A stretch of 64,000 bases of DNA from an uncultured Thermoplasmata archaeon (lineage in GTDB: Archaea; Thermoplasmatota; Thermoplasmata; UBA10834): contig CAVRDX010000001.1 of the NCBI GenBank assembly GCA_963719945.1, positions 608,001 to 672,000 of the forward strand, given 5' to 3'. The notes under the pieces were generated by a model. The model was not told the DNA's origin and ran no database searches. It saw only the letters and a list, made by a program, of their open reading frames with translations. Below are positions 1 to 9,665 of this stretch, piece after piece (within the stretch, counting starts at the first letter, position 1; the number at the start of each line of letters is the position of its first letter). The position numbers were made by a program, and so were the translations under genes.

Positions 1-201
1 GTGGGCTCCATGCTAGGGATAGTTCCGTCCAACAGGGATGCAGGGCCGAACGATCCTAAGTTCTTGGAGGTGTTAAAAGTGCGACCGATAGGAGTCTGGA
101 CAACAGTCAAGCAAGTGCAGTTGCAGAAGCAACTCTTGCAAGTCCCGAGAGCACAGCGAGCTGCGCTCAAGGCCTATATCGCCGGCAAGCGAAACGATTA
201 G
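1..201 (+). CDS. 3' end of a hypothetical protein, truncated by the window edge
   Basis: Only open + frame from base 1 to TAG at 201; no recognisable motif. Confidence 0.5.
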   Translation: MGSMLGIVPSNRDAGPNDPKFLEVLKVRPIGVWTTVKQVQLQKQLLQVPRAQRAALKAYIAGKRND

Positions 202-273
202 GCAACAAACCTCTTACCTTTAGCGTATGCCATTCGATTCAGCAGGATGGCTTCCCAACAGCGATTACATCTT

Positions 274-1617
274 CTAAATCAGCCTTCTCTCACCACTCCT
301 CAGACCTCTCAACCATTCTCGCGCCAACTGTCGGAGAGTGAATGGGTATTTCACCGGATCTTTGAGCTTGAAGAACCAGACAGCGCAAATTCCTCTGCCA
401 AAAGCTGAGATGGCATAGACTGCACCGAGTGCAATGACTAGATTCTGAAGATAGACACCGAGGAAGAACAGCGCAAGGTATCCGCCAATGACGGATCCAG
501 CGAATGTCACGAGACCAATCATTGTATTGTATACGGCGAAATATTCGCCCTTCTTCTCCTCAGGAGCGACATCCAATATGTAAGCAAAGAACGCAACATT
601 CGACATCGCTGTGGCAATTCCCAGAGCGGCGTTTATCGCATATATGTGCCATATTTGCGTTGCCAGAGCATATACAATGGGGACCGATATGAATGCGAAC
701 CTTGAGATCAAGATGTGAGGCATTGGGCCCGTCAGATCCATCCATCGACCAACCCTGGTCTGGAAGAAGAGAGCGGAACCGGTCGATATCACCGTCATCA
801 ATGCGATATCGAAGAGCGTCGCGCCCAGAACGTCAATATATGTCAGATACAGAAGCGGCCAGATGAGCGACATTATGAAGTTGAATATGCACTGCAGGAT
901 TACGAGATTTCTAAAATAGATATTCTCCGTGAGATCGGATATGAATATGAACGAACGCAGGCTGAACGAGAATATCGTCTTTGGTGATGCATACAGCCTC
1001 CTCTTGCTCTCCCTAAGCCGAAATAGGACGAGAGAACCGATTATCCCGCTTCCGCCAGCAATCAGGAACGGTATCGCGAATATGCTCAAGACCGACCCTT
1101 CGCCCTCAGGCATTATGGCGCCAGCCAAAAGTGTCGCCGCAAGACTGGCAAGAGATGAGATTGCAAAGAACTTGCTCATTATCGAACCGCGGTTTCGGGG
1201 CGTGGTGATGTCACCCACCAATGCAGACCAGGTCGGAATCATCATCGACCCGATGAACATCTGGATGGCGACGAGGAATATGAGTTGAGATGCATTGACG
1301 ACGCCGAGCATGAAGAAATACATCGAGAATGAGAGCACCCCTCCGACAACCAGGAATGGAACTCGCCTTCCCAGGAAATCACTCAGCTTCCCCCAGGGAA
1401 CCTGCATCACGGCGGGGAAGAGGTTCACGAATGCCTGAAGCCAGCCAAGCTGAGCAGGGGTGGCACTGAGATGGATTGCGAGTGCAGGCACGAACGGATC
1501 GGCCATACCCTTTCCGAAATTGACGGCAGCCTGGTTGGAATACATCAATCCATGTGCGTCAGGTTTCCCGTCTTTTGCAGCACCTGTTTGACCATCGGTT
1601 GCATCGACTAAAGGCAT
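274..1617 (-). CDS. MFS transporter
   Basis: About 12 hydrophobic segments; motif A-like GKLSDFLGRR; second-half APEEKKGEYFA. Confidence 0.9.
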   Translation of the reverse strand: MPLVDATDGQTGAAKDGKPDAHGLMYSNQAAVNFGKGMADPFVPALAIHLSATPAQLGWLQAFVNLFPAVMQVPWGKLSDFLGRRVPFLVVGGVLSFSMYFFMLGVVNASQLIFLVAIQMFIGSMMIPTWSALVGDITTPRNRGSIMSKFFAISSLASLAATLLAGAIMPEGEGSVLSIFAIPFLIAGGSGIIGSLVLFRLRESKRRLYASPKTIFSFSLRSFIFISDLTENIYFRNLVILQCIFNFIMSLIWPLLYLTYIDVLGATLFDIALMTVISTGSALFFQTRVGRWMDLTGPMPHILISRFAFISVPIVYALATQIWHIYAINAALGIATAMSNVAFFAYILDVAPEEKKGEYFAVYNTMIGLVTFAGSVIGGYLALFFLGVYLQNLVIALGAVYAISAFGRGICAVWFFKLKDPVKYPFTLRQLAREWLRGLRSGERRLI

Positions 1618-1783
1618 CCCTTCCCATAACCTGCATCGGGCAGATGAGATATATTACCTTTTTAAGACCGAATCCACGGTTTCCCTATGCCAGTTAGGTG
1701 AACCTTAGGGTTGGCGTTGCCAATCTGGAAATCATACAAAAGACTATATATTAACACTAGTCGATATAGGGGCGGTGGGAAAT

Positions 1784-1924
1784 TTGGTTAAAGCCTACTG
1801 CGTCAAGTGCAAGAAGTCCGTCGAGATGAAGGATGCCAAGAAAGTCAAGCTCAAGAACGGCAAACCTGCCACGAAGGGTACATGCCCAAAGTGTGGCACT
1901 AAGGTATTCAGAATCGGTGGATAA
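1784..1924 (+). CDS. 46-aa basic Zn-ribbon microprotein, DUF5679-like (not in ORF track)
   Basis: TTG start after GGCGGTGG; MVKAYCVKCKKSVEMKDAKKVKLKNGKPATKGTCPKCGTKVFRIGG; TATA-like TATATATTAA at about 1745-1754. Confidence 0.88.
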   Translation: MVKAYCVKCKKSVEMKDAKKVKLKNGKPATKGTCPKCGTKVFRIGG

Positions 1925-2006
1925 GCGCAAACCTTTCAAAAATAAGAGATCGAGGACTCCCCGTCGACTGCAATATGTGCTGTCGCAGCAGGGCTTTCCT
2001 AGATGT

Positions 2007-3401
2007 TTATTTCTGTTTCATCAAGTAGTTGCCCCGCTCGTGCAGAGCAGCTATCGCCCTAATCGTCCGCCAGATCGATGGATATGAGGGAATCTTATAG
2101 CTTTCGAGTGCTTTGAGTGTCTCCTGAGTCCTGCTTCCCCCGAAAGCGCTGATAATTATCGGGATCCTACCCGGTGACGACCTTCGAGCCGCAACGTCGA
2201 CCAATCCTTGCGTCACATGAGGTGGTTGCAGCTCCAGAGACATCATTATCACATCAATCCCAGGATCACCCTGAAGCGTCTCCAATACGTGCTCATACAT
2301 CATATCCGTGACCTCAGCAGTCAGGTCAACAGGATTGTTGACAGAGGAGAATATCGGCATCGCTCTGGACAAGCGAGCACGCGTCTCTTCCGACAAGTCA
2401 GCCATGATCATTCCGACTCCATGCTCCTTCGATTCCACAAAATCGGATGCTATGACTCCGAACCCGCCCGCGCTAGCCACGATGCAGACCCTGGCGCCAT
2501 CTATCTTCCCCTTATATGCGAGGGCCCTGGCAACATCCACCAATTCCTCATCGTCGTAGACCCTTATGACGCCGGCTTGTCTGAGTGCGCCTGCCACGAG
2601 CTCGTCGGAATCCGAGGCGATTGCGCCAGTGTGTGAACTGGCCGCTTTCGAGCCTGCACGAGTGCGACCAGATTTCAGAACCACGATGGGCTTTATCTTG
2701 GAAACCTTTCGAGCGACATCAATGAAGCCCCTACCGTCGGCAAATGATTCGAGATACAAAGCTATGCAGTCAGTATTGGGATCATCAGCGAAGAATTCCA
2801 GCAATTCATTCTCATTGATATCCACCCTGTTTCCAAGGCCTATACATGCGGATATACCCATCCCGAATGATTCTGCCTTCTCGAGGAATGAGACGGCTAC
2901 CGCCCCGCTCTGGGAGATCATCGCGATCGAACCCGCAGATGGTCTACGGCTCTTCTCCACAGGGATGAATAGTGTGTCAAGACCGCGAGAGGGGACCAGT
3001 AACCCCATTGTGTTCGGGCCGAGGAGCCGCGTTCCATTGACCCCCACCAGATCACTCAATCCCGCCTGAAGGCCCTTTCCATCATCCCCGCTCTCCGCAA
3101 ACCCAGATGATGTCACAATCACGACCCTCACGCCTTTCCGAACGCACTCATCAACAGCGCGAACGGATAGCATCGCTGGCAATGCAATGAGAGCAAGGTC
3201 TATATCATCAGGAATCGAGGATACGGACGGATAGCAGCGTGCGCCAAGGATCTTCTCTTCCTTTGGATTGACCGGATACACCTTGAAAGAGGAATCCAAG
3301 AGATTTTTCAGAACAACATTGCTGATCTTGCCCGTGCTGGCAGAGGCTCCGATCAAGGCGATCGACCGTGGGTTGAAAAGTGGATCCAACGACCCGTTCA
3401 T
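2007..3401 (-). CDS. acdA: ADP-forming acetate/acyl-CoA synthetase alpha subunit
   Basis: LFNPRSIALIGAS CoA-binding N-terminus, LLGPNTMG, SQSGA, phospho-His motif ASSHTGA, NNPVDLT. Confidence 0.88.
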   Translation of the reverse strand: MNGSLDPLFNPRSIALIGASASTGKISNVVLKNLLDSSFKVYPVNPKEEKILGARCYPSVSSIPDDIDLALIALPAMLSVRAVDECVRKGVRVVIVTSSGFAESGDDGKGLQAGLSDLVGVNGTRLLGPNTMGLLVPSRGLDTLFIPVEKSRRPSAGSIAMISQSGAVAVSFLEKAESFGMGISACIGLGNRVDINENELLEFFADDPNTDCIALYLESFADGRGFIDVARKVSKIKPIVVLKSGRTRAGSKAASSHTGAIASDSDELVAGALRQAGVIRVYDDEELVDVARALAYKGKIDGARVCIVASAGGFGVIASDFVESKEHGVGMIMADLSEETRARLSRAMPIFSSVNNPVDLTAEVTDMMYEHVLETLQGDPGIDVIMMSLELQPPHVTQGLVDVAARRSSPGRIPIIISAFGGSRTQETLKALESYKIPSYPSIWRTIRAIAALHERGNYLMKQK

Positions 3402-3543
3402 CAACCTCTTGATTGGTTTGGCGCATTATTATTGTGTTTCGTCAACTCAGATAACATAGTATCCACGGATTCGTCGCCTTCCGAGAACTTACTTATATGG
3501 TCTAAACAATAACAGAGTGATACGCGTATGGGGGGTTGAGGGA

Positions 3544-3960
3544 ATGGAACTAAGAGATGTTGTCAAGGGTACGATGCCGGTGAGGATATCTGTGGGCTCG
3601 ACTGCCGCAGATGCACTGATTGCAATGATGGAGAATAAAACTGACTTCTTGCTTGTAGATAGAACAGGGATCGATGATGCCTATGGAATCGTGACACATA
3701 GAGACATCGTCGAGAAGGCAGTCGCAGAGGGGAACGACCTTTCGGAGGTACCAATTGCCGATATCGCTAGAAAGCCTCTGGTCGCGACAAATAATCTCGA
3801 CTTGGACATACGATGGATTGCCAAGAAGATGGCAGATGAACATGTATCGAAACTCGCTGTCTTCGATCGCGACAACTTCATGGGGTTCGTTTCTGACATC
3901 GATCTGCTCAAGGCAGCAATCGGAGAAACCCATGAAAAATCAACCAAGGAGGCGAACTGA
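3544..3960 (+). CDS. CBS-pair protein
   Basis: AYGIVTHRDI and FMGFVSDIDLL CBS signatures; ATG 3544 after GAGGG. Confidence 0.88.
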   Translation: MELRDVVKGTMPVRISVGSTAADALIAMMENKTDFLLVDRTGIDDAYGIVTHRDIVEKAVAEGNDLSEVPIADIARKPLVATNNLDLDIRWIAKKMADEHVSKLAVFDRDNFMGFVSDIDLLKAAIGETHEKSTKEAN

Positions 3961-4406
3961 TGACCTCAGAGAGGTTGATTCTCCGAGACATCGTTAAGAC
4001 TTTCGAGATGCCGACGATCGACATGAACTCGACAATCAAGAATGCGATCGAACGTATGATCGAACTCAACAACTATTCACTCCTAGTCCCGAGAAAGAAC
4101 AAGAGCGATGCCTATGGCATCATCACGAAGAAGGACATAATATCCAAGGTGCTCGCCGAGGGAGCGGATCCGTCCAAGGTGAAAGTGAAGGACATCATGT
4201 CGAAACCATTGGTCATACTGACCAATCTCTCTCTCGACATAAGGTGGGTCGCCAAGGCCATGGCCAATTCTCAGGTCTCGACCATTGCAGTCTTTGACAG
4301 AGGAGATTTCTATGGTTATGTGACGGAGGCCTGCGTCCTCGACGGTGTCTATAACGCAATGAGACGTGCGAAGCTCGAGCAGGGTGTGGAGTTCGTATCC
4401 TGCTGA
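3960..4406 (+). CDS. CBS-pair protein, tandem paralog of the upstream gene
   Basis: AYGIITKKDI, VKDIMSKPLV; shares LDIRWxAKxMA with neighbour; TGATG stop/start overlap. Confidence 0.88.
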   Translation: MTSERLILRDIVKTFEMPTIDMNSTIKNAIERMIELNNYSLLVPRKNKSDAYGIITKKDIISKVLAEGADPSKVKVKDIMSKPLVILTNLSLDIRWVAKAMANSQVSTIAVFDRGDFYGYVTEACVLDGVYNAMRRAKLEQGVEFVSC

Positions 4407-4436
4407 CCAAATCATTGATGCTCTGGAGGACGAATC

Positions 4437-6209
4437 ATGGGAGATTCAGGGACGGACAATGTGGGCCAGAAGAGAGGGATCGCAGTCTACTTATGCGGAT
4501 GCAGGGGAGAGATATCCAAAAAGATCGACCTTGCAGCGATAGCCTCCACAATCAAGGATATACCCGCAGTCGTGACCGTCGGCATCCACGAGTCACTATG
4601 TTCAAGGGAAGGCCAGCAATTTCTGAGGGACGAATATGCCAGCAAAGGGTTCGATAAGGTTGCCGTTGCAGCATGTTCCCCCAACATACAAGGGCTGATA
4701 ATCAGCAGGTTCCTCGAAACTGAAGGTATGAACAAGTACCTCTTCGACCAGGTAAACATACGCGAACAATGCGCGTGGGTACATGCAGACCGCGAACGGG
4801 CAACTAGCAAGGCCAAGAGCCTGTTGCTGGGCTCATTGGCAAAGGTGGAGAAGCTGATGCCACTGGAAGATATCGAAGTCCCCATCCTCGGATCTACCCT
4901 AGTGATAGGAGGAGGGGTCACTGGCATGGCGGCTGCTCTTGATATCGCATCCAATGGATTCAAGGTATATATTGTCGAAAGGAGCAATGAGCTCGGTGGG
5001 AGAGCATACAAGCTGAGCATGACATTCCCCACCCACAACTGTGGAATCTGCTGCATGCAATACTGCAAGGAATGCGTGTTCACCCCCAAGATAGAAGACG
5101 TCCTCCAGAACAAGAACATCGAAGTCCTCTTGAATTCAAATGTCGAGGACATGACCGGTGGTTTCGGCAACAGACATGTCAAGGTGAAAACACCGGAGGG
5201 GCACAGGGAATTCGATGTCGGGACAATAATCGTCGCTACTGGAAGCAAGACTTTTGACCCGGCAAGAATCTCCGAGCTGCATTATGAGATCCCGGACGTG
5301 ATCACAACGACCGAGTTGGAGCAACTCATAGTCAAGCAGCGCGAGCTGGGAGGCGGTCTGAAGAGGCCGTCAGATGGCAAGAACCCGAAGACTGTGAATT
5401 TCGTTCAATGCGTCGGTTCACGCGACAAGGTGAAGGGCAATCTGCATTGCTCGCTCGTCTGTTGCACATATGCCATCGGTCAGGCGAGGGAGATAAAGAA
5501 ACTGAATCCTGATGCTGATGTCTATGTACATTACATCGACCTCCGTGGGCCATACAGAGGTTTTGAGGAATTCTACGAAGATGCCAGAGAGGAAGGGATC
5601 AATTTCGTGCGAGGACGAGTCGCCGAGGTGGTGGTCGACAAGGACAAGATGTTCGTGAGGGCCCTTGATACAGACATGGACACTTTGCTCAATATCGATT
5701 CCGACCTGGTAGTACTGGCTGTAGGTCAGGAACCTTCCGAGGACAGCGACAGAATTGCCAAACTGCTTCACATCCAGATGGACATCGACAAGTTCATGAA
5801 GGACATCAACCCGATGTTTCCATCCGAATTCAGACGGGGGATATATGTGGCAGGCACTGCCCAAGGTCCCAAGGGGATCAGATACTCCATAGAAGATGCG
5901 CGAGCAGCTGCTGCAAGTGCCATTAGTATCATGAAGGATGGGAAGGTACAGTTCCCAAGAATAGTCGCATTCGTCGACGAATCCAGGTGCAGGGGTTGTG
6001 GCAGGTGTGAAGATATCTGCGAGTATGATGCGATCAAAGTGACGGAAGACCCCGAAAAGGGTATTCTCGTATCCAAGGTGGACGAGATAAGGTGCGAAGG
6101 GTGCGGGACCTGCGCCGTAGTCTGCTGCAACAAGGCAATAACTGTCTACAATTTCATGAGGGATCAGGTCGAAGCGCAGATACGAGCCATCATCGAGGAG
6201 GTGCCCTGA
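4437..6209 (+). CDS. hdrA: HdrA-like iron-sulfur flavoprotein (short variant)
   Basis: N-terminal CGC..C..ACSP..REQCAWVH; FAD motif IGGGVTG; QCVGSRD..CSLVCC; C-terminal 2x[4Fe-4S] CRGCGRC and CEGCGTC. Confidence 0.9.
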   Translation: MGDSGTDNVGQKRGIAVYLCGCRGEISKKIDLAAIASTIKDIPAVVTVGIHESLCSREGQQFLRDEYASKGFDKVAVAACSPNIQGLIISRFLETEGMNKYLFDQVNIREQCAWVHADRERATSKAKSLLLGSLAKVEKLMPLEDIEVPILGSTLVIGGGVTGMAAALDIASNGFKVYIVERSNELGGRAYKLSMTFPTHNCGICCMQYCKECVFTPKIEDVLQNKNIEVLLNSNVEDMTGGFGNRHVKVKTPEGHREFDVGTIIVATGSKTFDPARISELHYEIPDVITTTELEQLIVKQRELGGGLKRPSDGKNPKTVNFVQCVGSRDKVKGNLHCSLVCCTYAIGQAREIKKLNPDADVYVHYIDLRGPYRGFEEFYEDAREEGINFVRGRVAEVVVDKDKMFVRALDTDMDTLLNIDSDLVVLAVGQEPSEDSDRIAKLLHIQMDIDKFMKDINPMFPSEFRRGIYVAGTAQGPKGIRYSIEDARAAAASAISIMKDGKVQFPRIVAFVDESRCRGCGRCEDICEYDAIKVTEDPEKGILVSKVDEIRCEGCGTCAVVCCNKAITVYNFMRDQVEAQIRAIIEEVP

Positions 6210-6210
6210 T

Positions 6211-7884
6211 ATGAACGAATCAGGGTTCGAGCCGAAGATAATCGCTTTCACCTGCACATGGTGCGGGTATCCATCGGCGAACCTGGCAGGTGTCAATAAG
6301 ATAGAGTATCCACCAAATGTGAGAATTGTCAGGGTCATGTGCAGCGGAAGCGTCGAGCCAGCGATCATCATGGATGCTTTCGAGCATGGAGCGGACGGCG
6401 TCATCATCATAGGATGCCTCATAGACAATTGTCATTACGTTTCTGGGAACAAGAGAGCCCAGGAGAGAGTAGATGCATTCAAGGACCTCATGGACATCTT
6501 GGGTCTGGATTCACGAAGGTTGCGCACCGAATGGATCAATGCATCCGAGAGATACAGATTCGCCAAATCCATGAGTGATTTTGTGGAAGAGGTGCGTGGC
6601 CTAGGGCCGCTTCCAATACAGAAGAAGCAGCAGAAAGAAGGGAGGTCCAAGGAGCAGACGGCCGCCTCAATCAAGCAACTGATAGAAGATACTGGCGCAT
6701 TTGACTGTGTTGAATGCGGTAAATGCACCACCGTTTGTCCGATACCCAAGTTCGACAATGAATTCGCTCCGCGCACGATCGTACTGAAAGCAATGGAAGG
6801 TATCGTCGAGAATATAGCCCAGGACAAGGACATCTGGACCTGCATAACATGCGAGCAATGCAATGCGATGTGCCCATACAAAGTCGATTATTCGGGATTC
6901 ATACGTGGTATGAGAGAGGAGGCCCTCCATTTTGGTGCTGCCCCACTATGCTCCCAAGGAGGCTTGATCCATGCAGTGCAGAGGATTATGGCATCCTCAG
7001 ACATGAAACAGAATAGGCTGCAATGGATCAAAGACGATATGAAGATCGCAGATAAGGGAGATGTATTCTACTTCGTCGGATGTCTCCCGCATTATGATGC
7101 TATATTCCGGGACAGGGAAGGTCTCGCACTCACCAAGATATGCGAATCAGCTGTCAGGTTGATGAACCGGGCAGGCGTCGTTCCTGTCGTAAGCAACGAT
7201 GAGAAATGCTGCGGTCATGACCTCAATTGGGTCGGAGAGGAGGGTGAATTCGAGAAGCTGATGGATTTCAATGTCGACTTGATAAAGAAATCCGGAGCAA
7301 AGAAGGTGGTGTTCACGTGTCCCGAATGCTATAGGACATTCAACATGGACTATCGAGATTTCGTTGGTGAACTGGGATTCGAAGTCCAGCACATAGCGGA
7401 CTACCTTAAGGAGCTGATCGATACAGGAACTCTGAAGGCGGATGATAAGCAGAAGGAGAAGTTCAAATTCACTTATCACGACTCGTGTCGTCTCGGAAGG
7501 CATTCAGGGATCTATGATTCTCCGAGGGACCTCGCAACTGTATTCCAGGGATGCGACTTCATCGAGATGCCGAACACGAAGGACAAGGCCATATGCTGCG
7601 GCGTGAGCGGGTGGTCCAACTGCAACAGCAACATCAAGAGGATGCAGATCGAGAGGATGATAGAGGCCAAGAAGACCGGAGCAGACAAGATGCTCCTATT
7701 CTGTCCCAAATGCCAGATACATATGCGATGCGCAGTTCAAGACAAGATACCGGTGGAAAAGTCAGAGGTTGATGTGGAAGTGGAGGATTACACGGTCGCA
7801 ATCGCAAAGGCTTTCGGGCTTGTGAACGATGATGAAAGAAAGGAAGGAGAGAAGCTCGATACGAAGAATGAAAAGAAGGATTAG
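6211..7884 (+). CDS. MvhD/FlpD [2Fe-2S] domain fused to HdrD-like 2x[4Fe-4S] plus two CCG domains
   Basis: FTCTWCGY..RVMCSG..GC....CHY; CVECGKCTTVCP and CITCEQCNAMCP; VGC..KCCG..TCPEC and HDSC..CCG..CPKC. Confidence 0.9.
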   Translation: MNESGFEPKIIAFTCTWCGYPSANLAGVNKIEYPPNVRIVRVMCSGSVEPAIIMDAFEHGADGVIIIGCLIDNCHYVSGNKRAQERVDAFKDLMDILGLDSRRLRTEWINASERYRFAKSMSDFVEEVRGLGPLPIQKKQQKEGRSKEQTAASIKQLIEDTGAFDCVECGKCTTVCPIPKFDNEFAPRTIVLKAMEGIVENIAQDKDIWTCITCEQCNAMCPYKVDYSGFIRGMREEALHFGAAPLCSQGGLIHAVQRIMASSDMKQNRLQWIKDDMKIADKGDVFYFVGCLPHYDAIFRDREGLALTKICESAVRLMNRAGVVPVVSNDEKCCGHDLNWVGEEGEFEKLMDFNVDLIKKSGAKKVVFTCPECYRTFNMDYRDFVGELGFEVQHIADYLKELIDTGTLKADDKQKEKFKFTYHDSCRLGRHSGIYDSPRDLATVFQGCDFIEMPNTKDKAICCGVSGWSNCNSNIKRMQIERMIEAKKTGADKMLLFCPKCQIHMRCAVQDKIPVEKSEVDVEVEDYTVAIAKAFGLVNDDERKEGEKLDTKNEKKD

Positions 7885-7914
7885 GGAAGTGGTTTATCCC
7901 TTTCATAGAGCGGG

Positions 7915-9102
7915 TTAGTAGTACTTGGTTGAGGTCGTTGTCCTCTCCTCGACATTGATCTTCCTCTTTCCGAGCTCCTCGAAGAATGGCTCGGGATCCA
8001 CCGTTGCCTCAGCTGGGAACACACCGGGCGCTTTTATCTTTCGTTTCATCTGCCAGAGCGATACTATCGCAGGTGGCACGGCCGTATCTCTTGCCGATGA
8101 TATTCCCCTTACAGGATCGTTCCAGGTCACTATCGAATAAGTCACGGTCGATGGCATGCCGTCCTTCTCACCGGAACAATCGATTCTGAATATATCATAT
8201 TCATACTCATCTTTTGGAATTGCAGTGCGCCCCTGCTCAATCCCCCTCTGATGCATGCTAGTCAAGAAATCAAGTGGAGATATCTTGCATCCAGAGACAT
8301 TGAGAGGCGTCTCATCTGCGAATCCCAGCGCGCGCAGCGTTTGAAATGTGCTCATGTCGTTGGGCGGGAACCCGATTCTGAATGTCACATTCTTCGCTTT
8401 CAGATATTTGCCCATAGTAGCAGGTTCCGAATGCTTGACATAGTATGTCTTGATCTTGCCTATCGGATCAGGCATCATGACTTCCTTCTCGCCACCCAGG
8501 ATCTCCTGTTTCTGATACTTGTTCCGTATCCATTGTACGGATTGTTGTGTGAATTCGTCAAGAACCGTGCGAATCGAATAGCCTGGCCATCCCGCCTCTT
8601 TGATGGGGAGGGTGTTGCCCCAAGCACAGACGATATCGATCGAGTCGATCTTGTCCAATCGCTTAGCCCCGGCCGCACCAGCCACGTTCGTCATTCCTGG
8701 TGTGCTTCCAAGACCGATGGTCGCATTAATTCCAGCATCCTTCCACTTCTTGTGAAGTTTGAGTTGCTTGAGACAAGTGTCAAAGAAACCTCCGAGGTCA
8801 GTGTATGAAGCTCCACCTTTCAGACACGCGTCCATCGCCGCAAGATTGGTCTGATACCAAGCACAGTTGACGACAGCATCGACTTTCTCATTCTTTATGA
8901 CCTTGACCACGTTGTCGACATCGTATGCATTGAGCTCGACCATCTGAACCTTCTTGTCCAGTTTCAGGGCAGTCATAGCGTTCTTGACATCATCCAATCT
9001 CAGACTAGATGCGATGACATCCTTCACGCCACACATCTCAACAAGGTCCTGCACCGTATAAGCGCCTATTTGTCCAGAAGCACCAAGAATCAACGTCTTC
9101 AT
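7915..9102 (-). CDS. Saccharopine dehydrogenase / lysine 6-dehydrogenase-like oxidoreductase
   Basis: ILGASGQIG Rossmann motif, YTDLGG, GLGSTPGMTN, YSIRTVLDEF, HSEP, GVFPAE; ATG 9102 after GGAGGTGG. Confidence 0.8.
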   Translation of the reverse strand: MKTLILGASGQIGAYTVQDLVEMCGVKDVIASSLRLDDVKNAMTALKLDKKVQMVELNAYDVDNVVKVIKNEKVDAVVNCAWYQTNLAAMDACLKGGASYTDLGGFFDTCLKQLKLHKKWKDAGINATIGLGSTPGMTNVAGAAGAKRLDKIDSIDIVCAWGNTLPIKEAGWPGYSIRTVLDEFTQQSVQWIRNKYQKQEILGGEKEVMMPDPIGKIKTYYVKHSEPATMGKYLKAKNVTFRIGFPPNDMSTFQTLRALGFADETPLNVSGCKISPLDFLTSMHQRGIEQGRTAIPKDEYEYDIFRIDCSGEKDGMPSTVTYSIVTWNDPVRGISSARDTAVPPAIVSLWQMKRKIKAPGVFPAEATVDPEPFFEELGKRKINVEERTTTSTKYY

Positions 9103-9233
9103 ACATCCACCTCCACAATCATTCCTCAATCAAAATGCTCTTCCAGCTCCCCATCTCAGTACAATAAACATCTACTTAAATATTCTCGGATAAAGGAATT
9201 CATTTGACAAGATCGTGAATTGGGACGCTGCAT

Positions 9234-9665
9234 TCATCGACTCGCAATCAGATCTATCTCAATCAATGCATCCTTCGGAAGACCTGAGACCTCTACCACC
9301 GAACGCGAAGGTCTGTACTCTCCAAAGAAGTCAGCATACACTTGGTTGACCAATGTGAAGTCCTTGATGTCTCTGATGTAGATTGTGACCTTCAATACAT
9401 TTGCGACTCTTGATCCTGATGCTTCCAGAATCTTCGACAGGTTACGTAGGGCTTGACGAGCTTGATTCGCAACATCGCCCTGAACAATCATCCCACTGAC
9501 TGGATCGATGCCAAGCTGACCTGAGCAGAATATCATGTTTCCAGACATAACTGCCTGTGAGTAGGGTCCAACTGGTTCAGGCGCATCAGGTGTCAGGACA
9601 ATCTGCGGTCCACCTTCAGGAGTGCTTCTTGCCGACCCTCGTGCCATCATATACAACTTCACCAC
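9234..9665 (-). CDS. ridA: RidA (YjgF/YER057c/UK114) reactive-intermediate deaminase; true start uncertain
   Basis: GPYSQAV, SGQLGIDP, NQVYADFF, PSRSVVEV, LPKDALIEID. Confidence 0.9.
   Translation of the reverse strand: MVKLYMMARGSARSTPEGGPQIVLTPDAPEPVGPYSQAVMSGNMIFCSGQLGIDPVSGMIVQGDVANQARQALRNLSKILEASGSRVANVLKVTIYIRDIKDFTLVNQVYADFFGEYRPSRSVVEVSGLPKDALIEIDLIASR

Noticed and set aside
4395-4420. CBS protein ending Cys-TGA as a possible C-terminal Cys-Sec motif
   Set aside because: Another TGA follows after three sense codons and no SECIS was recognised; an ordinary stop is simpler
5418-6428. Long antisense ORFs over hdrA/mvhD (also over trpB2, nrdJ and others)
   Set aside because: Fully overlap well-supported genes on the other strand and carry no motifs
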